Part shown: positions 1 through 12,294 of the stretch, one piece after another
Layout of the letters: every line of letters begins with the position of its first letter
Numbering within the stretch: position 1 is the first letter of the stretch
NCBI GenBank assembly: GCA_031431875.1
Contig: JANPEF010000162.1
Span: 1-20,900 of the forward strand
DNA: 20,900 bases
Reading direction: 5' to 3'
From: Candidatus Eiseniibacteriota bacterium
Lineage (GTDB): Bacteria > Eisenbacteria > RBG-16-71-46 > DASYSL01
Translations under genes and position numbers: made by a program
The notes under the pieces: model-generated
Database searches by the model: none
Seen by the model: the letters and a program-made list of their open reading frames with translations, nothing else
What the model was told of the DNA's origin: nothing

Positions 1-16
1 GCCGCCCCACGAACCC

Positions 17-622
17 CTACTTTCCCTGGTACTTCCAGTTCCGCGCCTTCCCCTCGGCCAGCCACGCGATCACCTGCTTCAGGCGCGCTGCCCGAGTCTC
101 CTCGCGCTTGGCCTCGACGATCCACTCGATGTACTCGCGGCGATGGCTCGGCGCGAAGGCTTCGAACTTCGCCGCAGCTGTCTTGTTCCGAGCCAACGCC
201 GCCCGCAGTGAGGCCGGCACCGGCAACGCCTTCCGCGGCGTCGCCGACTTGCGCTTCGGCGCCTTCACACCCTCGTCGTTGAGCTTCATGGCCTGCTTGA
301 TCCAGGCGGTGAGCACGCGCTTCGACGGAAGATTCGCGACGGTCGTCAACCGCCCCAGGTCCCCCATCGCCTCGTCGGGCTTGCGGGTCATGGGGTCGAC
401 GATGAGCGCGCCCTTCCAGAACCCGAACGTGGCGTGCTGCTTGAACGCGGCCATGCTGCACAGCGCGCCCTCGTGGTCGAACGCGGGCATGCTCCACTTG
501 AGCGTCTCCTTGACGTCGGGGCAGGCCGCGTGGACGACCGCGCGCAGGTGAGCGAGGATCGGCCGGGCGAACGGGGCCGACTTCGCGATGTAGGCGTCGA
601 TGCGCTAGTCCTTCGCCGCCAT
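17..622 (-). pseudogene. YdeI/OmpD-associated family protein (DUF1801 + OmdA-like C-terminus), interrupted by an in-frame TAG at codon 6
   Basis: AAGGAG RBS (630-635) 7 nt before ATG at 622. Reads MAAKD*RIDAYIAKSAPFARPILAHLRAVVHAACPDVKETLKWS, in frame with the 157-aa ORF 17..490 (MPAF...APSHRREYIEWIVEAKREETRAARL...GKARNWKY), which is typical of the family. TAG at 605-607. Confidence 0.8.
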
Positions 623-626
623 CGGT

Positions 627-1865
627 TCACTCCTTCCCGGTTTCGATCGGTCGAGGTCTCGCGTACGGATCGGCGGGCTCGTCCCACGGGCGAGCGCCCT
701 GGGCGCGCTCCTCGCCGAGCTTCTTGAGGCGCTCCATCCATCCCTCGTCGAGCAGAGCCTGCGATCCCGGCTCCCCCGCGAGTTCGGACGGGACGGACGT
801 CGCGCGGAACTCGATCGCGAGGCCCGGCTCGGTCGCGCTCACCGCGCGCGCGAGCTGCGCCAGGTGGGCGAGCCCCTGGAGCTGCTGCCCGTAGAACATC
901 AACCACCGGCCGCGACTCTCGATCGCCTTCCGGTTCGACGGCGAGATCGCCATCGGTGCGGGGTGTGTCCACACATTGAGAATCGCCCAGATCCGCAGCG
1001 TGAACGGCGCTTCGGACCTGGCCAGTCCGCGGGCACGCAACCCTCCCGCGAGCTCGCGGAGCGCCGGCTCGTCGAGCGCGATCGCGAGGTTCGACACGCT
1101 GCCGCCGTCGGCGTGCACGTGCCCGTCGAGCATGAGGGGAGGAAACGCTCCGGGAATCGCCGAGCTCGCCTGCAGCAGGTCGCGAAAGCGCGCGAGTCCC
1201 GCGGGCGAAGCCGCGAGCTCCTGACGGACATCCCACAGCCGCCCGACGGCGAGGTCGAGATCCGCCGTCGCGACGACGAGGCGTCGGTCCTCCGCGAACG
1301 CCAGCGCCAGCCCGTCGACCAGGTCGCGGTTCGTCGTGCGCTCGATCATGCTCCGGAATTTCGTCACGTCGAGCACGCCGCCCGAACGACGGAACCAGAA
1401 CAACGCGTCGATCGTCGGCGCGCCGTCGAGCGCGGTGCGTCCGTACATCGTGTCAAGGGTGTCGAGCGCCGCGTCGGTCCCGAGGAGCGCCAGCGGCGAC
1501 TGCAGCGCCCCCGTGCTGACGCCGGTCACGAGGTCGAACGTGGGCATCGGCTCGTCCAGGCGCGCCTTCCAGCCGCGCATGAAGCCGACTCCGTACGCGC
1601 CGTGCTGTCCGCCGCCCGACAGGTAGAGGACGTCGAGCGTCCGGTCGCCGCGGCGCTCGGCACGGCGCAGGAGTGCATCGACGAGCCCGTCGACGACGTG
1701 CCGGTGCTCGTCGCGCGCAGTCGTGGCGCCGGCGGCGATCGCCTCCGGTGTCACGGCAGATCGGTGAATCGTCGCGCAACCGGTCGAGACGAGCAGCATG
1801 ATCGCGACGGCGACAGCGAGGGCGACGGCGGTGCGAAGGCGAGTCAGCGGGAAGATCAGGGGCAC
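627..1865 (-). CDS. Patatin-like phospholipase, predicted lipoprotein
   Basis: GGGQHG oxyanion motif, GVSTG nucleophile motif (GxSxG), SSAIPGAFPP and DGG motifs. Hydrophobic N-terminus ending in lipobox-like STGC. GGAGG RBS before GTG at 1865. Confidence 0.9.
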   Translation of the reverse strand: MPLIFPLTRLRTAVALAVAVAIMLLVSTGCATIHRSAVTPEAIAAGATTARDEHRHVVDGLVDALLRRAERRGDRTLDVLYLSGGGQHGAYGVGFMRGWKARLDEPMPTFDLVTGVSTGALQSPLALLGTDAALDTLDTMYGRTALDGAPTIDALFWFRRSGGVLDVTKFRSMIERTTNRDLVDGLALAFAEDRRLVVATADLDLAVGRLWDVRQELAASPAGLARFRDLLQASSAIPGAFPPLMLDGHVHADGGSVSNLAIALDEPALRELAGGLRARGLARSEAPFTLRIWAILNVWTHPAPMAISPSNRKAIESRGRWLMFYGQQLQGLAHLAQLARAVSATEPGLAIEFRATSVPSELAGEPGSQALLDEGWMERLKKLGEERAQGARPWDEPADPYARPRPIETGKE

Positions 1866-1941
1866 GGAACCTCCGGAAGATCGTGGCGAATGGCCGCGAG
1901 TCTACTCCTGCCGTTGCACGATGCCACGACCGACTTCGCCC

Positions 1942-1970
1942 TCGACGCCCGCGGCGGCGCGGGCTACCGT
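1942..1970 (+). promoter_or_regulatory. Putative sigma70 promoter for a leaderless PaaI transcript
   Basis: TCGACG (1942-1947), 17-bp spacer, TACCGT (1965-1970), then 7 nt to ATG at 1978. No SD sequence. Confidence 0.45.
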
Positions 1971-1977
1971 GCCCGCC

Positions 1978-2463
1978 ATGAACCCCTCACCCTTCGCCCA
2001 CCTGCCGCCGATGACGAACGACGAGGTGGCGCGTCTCCGCGAGCGCGCCATGGCGGTCCCGATCTCCAGCGCGCTCGGGTTCTCACTGGTATCGCTCACG
2101 CGCGGCGTGTGTCGGCTGGCGATGGCGCGCAACCCGAAGTTCGACGGGATCTACCGCTCGTTGCACGGCGGACTGATGATGACGCTCGCCGACTCGGCGG
2201 GCGCCTTCGCGCTGCTGACGGTGGTCGACCCGGACGAGGCGGTGACGACGACCGAGATGAACATCCGCTTCCTCGCGCCGGTGCACGATCGCGTGGTGGT
2301 CACGGCGCGGGTGCTCAAGGCCGGCAAGACGCTCTGCCCGCTGGTGGCCGAGCTGCATGACGACGGCGGGCGGCTCGTCGCCCATGCCGGGATGACCTAC
2401 ATGCGTGTGCGCCGCGACTCGAGCGCGCACGATGCGAACCGCGGCACGGGAGGATCACGATGA
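1978..2463 (+). CDS. PaaI family (hotdog-fold) thioesterase
   Basis: LHGGLMMTLADSAG motif, TTEMNIRFLAP and VLKAGKTL. ATG 1978 chosen because the longer ORF-track start overlaps the patatin gene. Confidence 0.88.
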   Translation: MNPSPFAHLPPMTNDEVARLRERAMAVPISSALGFSLVSLTRGVCRLAMARNPKFDGIYRSLHGGLMMTLADSAGAFALLTVVDPDEAVTTTEMNIRFLAPVHDRVVVTARVLKAGKTLCPLVAELHDDGGRLVAHAGMTYMRVRRDSSAHDANRGTGGSR

Positions 2464-3290
2464 GCTTCGAGGCGGTCAAGGCACGGAACAAGCTGGCCTG
2501 GGGTATGGGCGTCGACGGTTACGCGAAGCACAGCATGCCTGAGTTGGCGCCGATCGCCGACCGCCTCATCGAGATCGCCGACCCGGCCTGGGACTCGTCG
2601 GTGATCGACATCGCGTGCGGCCCGGGGACCGCGACGCTGCGCGCCGCCAAGCGCGTGGGCCCGGGCGGCAGCGTGCTCGGGATCGATCTCGCGCCGCAGA
2701 TGGTCGCCCTCGCCGAACGCCGCGCGCAGGCCGAGGGCTTCACCAACGTGACGTTCATGGAGGGCGACGCCGAAGTGCTCGAAGGCGTCCCCGACGCCGC
2801 GTTCGACACGGCGATCTCGAACTTCGGCGTGATCTTCGCGCCCGAGGCCGAGCGAATGGTCGAGGCCGTCGCGCGCGTCCTCAAGCCTGGCGGCACGTTC
2901 GCGTTCTCGGCCTGGGTCGAGCGCGGCATCGCGGTCGACCTGACCGAGTTCCTCGCCGGGATCCTGCCCCCGGCACCGGAGGGCGCAACGAAACGCGACA
3001 GCTGGGGCGAGCCCGCGGTCGTGGCCGAGCGGCTGGCACCGCACTTCGACGCCGTCGCATGGAGCGACGTCGAGTCGGCGATCGAGTACGCGAACGTCGA
3101 CGAGGCATGGACGCGCATGCGCGAGGGACGCCCGCCGTTCGCGCTGGCCTACGGCCGCATGCCGCTCGACCAGAAGCAGGCCGTCGAGGAGCAGGCGCGC
3201 GCGCTGTTCCGGAAATACGCGGCCGCGAACGGGCGGGTCAGCTACGTGCGGTACGCGGGGGTGGTGCGGGGTGTGAAGCGGGCGGACTGA
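2460..3290 (+). CDS. Class I SAM-dependent methyltransferase (UbiE-like)
   Basis: VIDIACGPG motif I, GIDLAPQM, GDAE, FDTAISNFG and RVLKPGG. GGAGG RBS and ATGA overlap with the thioesterase stop. Confidence 0.92.
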   Translation: MSFEAVKARNKLAWGMGVDGYAKHSMPELAPIADRLIEIADPAWDSSVIDIACGPGTATLRAAKRVGPGGSVLGIDLAPQMVALAERRAQAEGFTNVTFMEGDAEVLEGVPDAAFDTAISNFGVIFAPEAERMVEAVARVLKPGGTFAFSAWVERGIAVDLTEFLAGILPPAPEGATKRDSWGEPAVVAERLAPHFDAVAWSDVESAIEYANVDEAWTRMREGRPPFALAYGRMPLDQKQAVEEQARALFRKYAAANGRVSYVRYAGVVRGVKRAD

Positions 3291-3303
3291 ATTCCTCGGG
3301 CGC

Positions 3304-4416
3304 TCAAAAAGGCGATGTTTCGAGCGATTCCCGGGTGAGGAGCTGCATCATCCGGATGTTGATGAACAGGCGCTCGCGCCCGACTTGCTGCACCTCGAGG
3401 ACGCCGACTTCGGCCAGTGCGTGCAGGTGCCGGGATGCGGCCTGCCGCTCCACGAGACCCTTCTCCACGATGTTCCCAATCCGGCAGTAGGGCTGCTCGA
3501 AAAGCGCATCGATGAGCTCCCGGGTGTAAATGCGTGGACGCACTTGCTGCACGTATCGCGCGGTCTCGTCCGCCAGCTCGCGGATGGCCGCAATGCGTGC
3601 GGTCGTCCAGGCCGCGGTTTCCTCGATCCCCCGCAGGACGTAGAGAATCCAGCTCTCCCATGCGGCATCGCGAGTCACTGCGAGAAGGCTCCGGTAGTAC
3701 TCGTCCTTGCGACCGATGATGTAGCGGCTCAGGTAGAGGATCGGCTCGGGCAGGAGGCCCTGCTCCACGAGGTAGAGGCTGTTGATCACCCGGCCGGTTC
3801 GCCCGTTTCCGTCGGTGAACGGATGGATGGCTTCGAACTGGTAGTGCCCCACCGCCAGGCGGATCAACGGATCGACCGGCGAGTCCGCATGGATGAATCG
3901 CTCCCAGTCGGCGAGCAACTCGCGCAGGCGCGCTTCCCCCTCCGGCGGCGTGTAGATGACCCGCCCGCTCCCGATCTCCGCGAGCGCCGTCCCCGGCACG
4001 CGGCGGACCTGCATCTCGACCCCCTTGATCCGCGAACAGATGATCTCGGCCGTTCGGGTCGTGAGGGGTCGATCGTGCAGTGCGCGCGCACCCTCGAGGA
4101 GGGCCGTCCTGTAGCGCAGGGCTTCCCGTGTCGCGGGATCCGCGTCGCCCTCCGTGCTCAGGTGCCGAAACAGGCGATCGGTCGTCGTGACGATGTTCTC
4201 GATCTCGGAACTTGCACGGGCCTCGAGGAGGGGAAGCGTGTTGATGAGGACCGTCGGATTCGGGATCAGCCCCGCAGCCTGCTTCAGTTCCGCGAGTGCG
4301 GCCCGCGCTGGTATGCAGGCGCGAAGAACCTGCTTCGACTCGATCTCGACCGCCGGGGGCAGCGTCGGGAGACTGTTGAAGGGCCGATTCGGGTTCCAGG
4401 CGGCCTGACTCAACAT
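3304..4416 (-). CDS. fic: Fic family AMPylase, class II (SoFic-like: Fic_N + Fic + C-terminal winged HTH)
   Basis: HPFTDGNGRTGR Fic motif, N-terminal inhibitory SSEIEN motif, C-terminal LFEQPYCRI...RQAASRHLHAL HTH-like region. ATG 4416 follows AAGGA; an alternative in-frame ATG lies at 4443. Confidence 0.93.
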   Translation of the reverse strand: MLSQAAWNPNRPFNSLPTLPPAVEIESKQVLRACIPARAALAELKQAAGLIPNPTVLINTLPLLEARASSEIENIVTTTDRLFRHLSTEGDADPATREALRYRTALLEGARALHDRPLTTRTAEIICSRIKGVEMQVRRVPGTALAEIGSGRVIYTPPEGEARLRELLADWERFIHADSPVDPLIRLAVGHYQFEAIHPFTDGNGRTGRVINSLYLVEQGLLPEPILYLSRYIIGRKDEYYRSLLAVTRDAAWESWILYVLRGIEETAAWTTARIAAIRELADETARYVQQVRPRIYTRELIDALFEQPYCRIGNIVEKGLVERQAASRHLHALAEVGVLEVQQVGRERLFINIRMMQLLTRESLETSPF

Positions 4417-4446
4417 GTCGTCCTTATCGGCATTATGCGACATGTT
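4412..4446. promoter_or_regulatory. Palindromic operator AACATGTCG-N17-CGACATGTT over the fic start
   Basis: Perfect 9-bp inverted repeat (4412-4420 / 4438-4446) covering both candidate ATGs and the predicted transcription start. Confidence 0.65.
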
Positions 4447-4449
4447 CTG

Positions 4450-4478
4450 AGGTTATGGCGCGCCGGACGACAGGTCAA
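4450..4478 (-). promoter_or_regulatory. Putative sigma70 promoter of fic
   Basis: Minus strand TTGACC (4478-4473), 17-bp spacer, TAACCT (4455-4450). Confidence 0.65.
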
Positions 4479-4576
4479 GAAGAAGTGTCGCAATTCTCCA
4501 TAAAATCGAACACATTGTGAAGTGCGCTGGGACGCCCATCTCGAAGGACTCACTAACTGACCAAATAACAAATGGT

Positions 4577-4659
4577 TAGGGTAGATCAACTCCGCGACGA
4601 GGAGGGCCCGGGAAGCCTCGATGCGGTACCCAGCCATGAAGGGGAGTTGAATTAGCCTA
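4577..4659. repeat. Imperfect 17-bp inverted repeat enclosing an inner hairpin (structured element or MITE-like remnant)
   Basis: TAGGGTAGATCAACTCC (4577-4593) pairs with GGAGTTGAATTAGCCTA (4643-4659) at 14/17 Watson-Crick positions plus one G-T. Inner CGAGG/CCTCG stem at 4598-4620. Confidence 0.5.
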
Positions 4660-4773
4660 GGCGCTATTAAAGCGAACGGGCTTTCCCTTGAATAGCCTCC
4701 GACCCACGAGTCAGCCGGCGCAGACACTCATCTCGCGGAGAAGGGATCTGCTTGAATCCGAGACCCTCCCGCC

Positions 4774-7340
<2,567 letters not shown>

Positions 7341-7402
7341 GCGAGGATCTCCTTCGAGTGTCCCGGACGGGGAGGATCGCGCGCCCGGCGCGTAGACCCC
7401 GG

Positions 7403-7483
7403 AATCTAGGCCACTTGCGGGACTCGCGTCAAGCCGGGCGCGGGGGCCGCGGCTTGACAGAAGGGGTGGCCCTCGGCCACCAT
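7403..7483. promoter_or_regulatory. Back-to-back divergent sigma70-type promoters
   Basis: Minus strand: TTGACG (7432-7427)-18 bp-TAGATT (7408-7403). Plus strand: TTGACA (7454-7459)-18 bp-CACCAT (7478-7483). Confidence 0.55.
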
Positions 7484-7550
7484 GCGTGGGTTGTTCCTGC
7501 CTATTCGCGGCCACGTCCAAGGCCCTGCCTGCGGTCGCCCCAGACGACGT

Positions 7551-7627
7551 GGCGGTGTAGCTCAGCTGGTCAGAGCAGAGGAATCATAATCCTCGTGTCC
7601 GGGGTTCGAATCCCTGCGCCGCCACCA
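7551..7627 (+). tRNA. tRNA with CAT anticodon, most likely elongator tRNA-Met
   Basis: Cloverleaf: acceptor GGCGGTG/CGCCGCC, D arm GCTC/GAGC, anticodon arm GAGGA-ATCATAA-TCCTC, T loop TTCGAAT, encoded CCA. G1-C72 argues against fMet; G4-C69/G5-C68 argue against Ile2. Confidence 0.95.
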
Positions 7628-7642
7628 TCGTCCGGGGCCCGT

Positions 7643-8698
7643 GTGCGCCGGTCCCCACTGCGTCCCGACGTGCTCTATCGTGCCGCTCGCGCCGCGCTCC
7701 TCGGCCCCTGCCGGGTCGAGCCCGGATCGACCGTCCTGGTGGCCTGCTCCGGCGGCCCCGATTCCCTCGCCTTGCTCTCGGTCCTGTCCGAACTGGCGCG
7801 CACATTGCGCCTCAGGTTGATCGTCGCCCATCTCGACCACGGCATGCGTGGTGCGGCCGGGGCGGCCGATGCGCGCTTCGTCGCCCGGTGCGCCCGAACC
7901 CTCGGGCTCGTCGCGGTCATCGCCCGCGCCGACGGCCCTGCCTGGATGCGCGCCCGCGGCCACGCCGGCGAGGACGGACTGCGCCGCCTGCGCCGCGCGT
8001 TCCTCGCCCGCACCGCGACGAAGGTCGGCGCCGATGCGATCGCGCTGGGCCACACCGCCGACGACCAGGCCGAGACCGTGCTGCTGCGGCTGGCCCGCGG
8101 CACGGGGCTCTCGGGCCTCGCCGCAATGCGCCCGCGCCGGGGCCGCATGGTGCGGCCGCTGCTGTACGCCTCGCGCGCCGACGTTCACGCCCATGTCGCC
8201 TCGCGTCGCCTCCGTCCGCGCATCGATGCCACGAACGCCGATCCGGCTTTTCGCCGAAACTACGTGCGGGCCGAAATCCTGCCGCGCCTGGCGCATCTCA
8301 ATCCGCAGATCGGGGCGGCCCTGGCCGGACTTTCCGCCCGGGCCGCCGCCCTCGATGACTGGCTGGGCGCAGAGGCGGCACGGGCGCTCGCGGCCGCCAA
8401 CGACGCGGGTTCCGCACCGCTCGGGGGCGTGGAACCCTGCGGGATTCGCCTTGTTGCACGCATCCTGCTCGGCTACCATCCGATCGTGCGCGAAACGGTG
8501 TTCGCGCAGGCGTTTCGACGCGCGGCAGGAGCCGGCGCCGGTCTCACCCGCCGCCACCTCGACGCTCTCGAATCGCTCGTCGTTCGCGGGCCCGAGGGCG
8601 CGAGGGTCGATCTGCCCGGATCCCTCCACGCCCGCCGGTCGCGCGGGCGCATCTGCTTCGAGGCCCAAGCGCGTAGGACGCGCACCGGGGGAACCTGA
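7643..8698 (+). CDS. tilS: tRNA(Ile)-lysidine synthase, short form
   Basis: PP-loop ACSGGPDS, AHLDHGMR, GHTADDQAETVL, RPLL, DATN and RNYVR. GTG at 7643 taken as start because the ORF-track start runs through the tRNA. Confidence 0.92.
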   Translation: MRRSPLRPDVLYRAARAALLGPCRVEPGSTVLVACSGGPDSLALLSVLSELARTLRLRLIVAHLDHGMRGAAGAADARFVARCARTLGLVAVIARADGPAWMRARGHAGEDGLRRLRRAFLARTATKVGADAIALGHTADDQAETVLLRLARGTGLSGLAAMRPRRGRMVRPLLYASRADVHAHVASRRLRPRIDATNADPAFRRNYVRAEILPRLAHLNPQIGAALAGLSARAAALDDWLGAEAARALAAANDAGSAPLGGVEPCGIRLVARILLGYHPIVRETVFAQAFRRAAGAGAGLTRRHLDALESLVVRGPEGARVDLPGSLHARRSRGRICFEAQARRTRTGGT

Positions 8699-8699
8699 G

Positions 8700-9277
8700 A
8701 TGCCCGATTCGAACGTCGAGACGAGCCCCTCGGCCTACGCGCGCATCGACACGCTGCTCCCCCGCGAGGCCATCGCGCAGAAGGTCGCCGAGATGGGCGC
8801 CGTCCTGTCGCGCGACTACACCGGGCAGAAGCCGCTGTTGATCGCGGTGCTCAAGGGCGGGTTCATTTTCCTCGCCGACCTGGTGCGCGCCATGGACATC
8901 GAGCTCGAGGTCGACTTCCTCTCGCTGTCGTCGTATGGCAATGCGACCGTCTCGTCGGGCAAGGTGCATCTCGTGCATGACCTGCGTGCCGAGTTGAAGG
9001 GCCGCCACGTGATCCTCGTCGAGGGCGTCGTGGACACGGGCCACTCGGTGCGCTTCCTGCTCGACCTGCTCGCCCAGCGCGAGCCCGCCAGCCTCAAGGT
9101 CTGTGCGCTGCTCGACAAGGTTCCCTGTCGGCGCGTTCCCGTTCCCGTGGATTACGTGGGCTTCCCGATCGGCGACGAGTTCGTCATCGGCTACGGCATG
9201 GATGCCGCCGAGGGCCTGCGCCAGCTTCCCTACGTGGGCGTGGCCATTCCGCACGCCCCTCGCCCGGAGTCGACCTC

Positions 9278-9281
<4 letters not shown>
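8700..9281 (+). CDS. hpt: Hypoxanthine phosphoribosyltransferase
   Basis: VLKGGFIFLADL, DFLSLSSYG, PRPP loop VILVEGVVDTG, LLDK and FVIGYGMD...LRQLPY. Located between tilS and ftsH. Confidence 0.93.
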
Positions 9282-11382
<2,101 letters not shown>

Positions 11383-11386
<4 letters not shown>

Positions 11387-12294
11387 CCCCGCACCCGGCC
11401 GTGAGCGCGGGCCCGCCCGCGGTTCCGGTCGCGGCAGCGTGGCACGTGCGCGGACGCGTGTTCGACGTCGGCAACCGCGCGCTCGTGATGGGCGTGCTCA
11501 ACGTGACGCCCGATTCGTTCTTCGACGGCGGCCGCTACGCCGAGCCGCACGCCGCGCTCGAGCGCGCGCTCGCCATGTACGACGAGGGCGCCGACCTGAT
11601 CGACGTCGGCGGCGAGAGCACGCGCCCCGGCTCGGCCGTCGTGCCCGCCGAAGTCGAGATCCGCCGCGTCGCTCCCGTGCTCGAGTTGTTGGCCTCGCGC
11701 TGCCCCATCCCCATCTCGATCGACACGCGAAAGACCGAGGTCGCGCGCGTCGCGCTCGACCTGGGCGCGGCCGTGCTGAACGACGTGAGCGGCCTGCGCG
11801 GCGGCACCGCCGGCGGTGGCGAGGATGATGCCGGCGTGCGTGAGCGGGCCGCACTCGCGGCGCGTCACGGCGCGGGGCTGGTGCTCATGCACATGCAGGG
11901 CGATCCGCAGACGATGCAGAAGTCGCCGCGCTACGCCGACGTGGTCGGCGAGGTGCGCGGCTTCCTCTACGACGCGGCCCGTCGCGCCGAGGAGGCGGGC
12001 GTGGCACGCGAGGCGATCGCGGTGGATCCGGGAATCGGCTTCGGGAAGTCGATCGAGCACAGCCTGGCGCTGCTCAGGCGGACCGCCGACCTGGCGTCGT
12101 GCGGCTACCCGCTGCTGATCGGCGTCTCGCGCAAGAGCCTGTTCGAGAAACTGCTCGGCTTGAGCGCCGACGAGCGGCTGGAGGCCGGCATCGCCGCCGC
12201 CGTCGCCTGCGTCTTGCGCGGCGCCCGCATCGTGCGCACGCACGACGTGCGCCCCACCGTACGCGCCCTGCGCACGGCCGAAGCGCTGCTTTAA
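11383..12294 (+). CDS. folP: Dihydropteroate synthase
   Basis: MGVLNVTPDSFFDGG, DVGGESTRPG, SIDT, LMHMQG, DPGIGFGK, SRKS and RTHDV. ATGA overlap with the ftsH stop. Confidence 0.97.

Noticed and set aside
605..607. Genome-wide TAG reassignment (alternative genetic code)
   Set aside because: TAG terminates guaB and the DinB gene at family-typical C-termini, and only one internal TAG was seen among more than 20 genes.
4551..4581. Integron attC site (CACTAAC...GTTAGGG)
   Set aside because: Only 31 bp, far shorter than attC sites, imperfect RYYYAAC/GTTRRRY match, and no integrase or second site in the window.
4410..4727. 105-aa minus-strand ORF in the guaB-fic spacer
   Set aside because: No RBS or motif, atypical codon usage, and it runs through the fic promoter and operator.
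4647..4760. Mini CRISPR array from TTGAAT-containing repeats
   Set aside because: Shared sequence is only 6-12 bp with irregular spacing (41 and 64 bp), and there are no cas genes.
7551..7627. tRNA as an integration site for a genomic island
   Set aside because: Followed directly by housekeeping tilS; I saw no duplicated 3' end and no integrase in the window.
7358..7642. N-terminal extensions of TilS (from 7358) and of the barrel protein (from 7520) in the ORF track
   Set aside because: They overlap the tRNA and divergent promoters; better starts exist at 7643 and 7340.
7848..8699. TilS-Hpt fusion or long Hpt N-terminal extension (477-aa ORF)
   Set aside because: tilS ends in TGA at 8698 and hpt has its own ATG at 8700 in another frame; the extension is an alternate-frame shadow of tilS.
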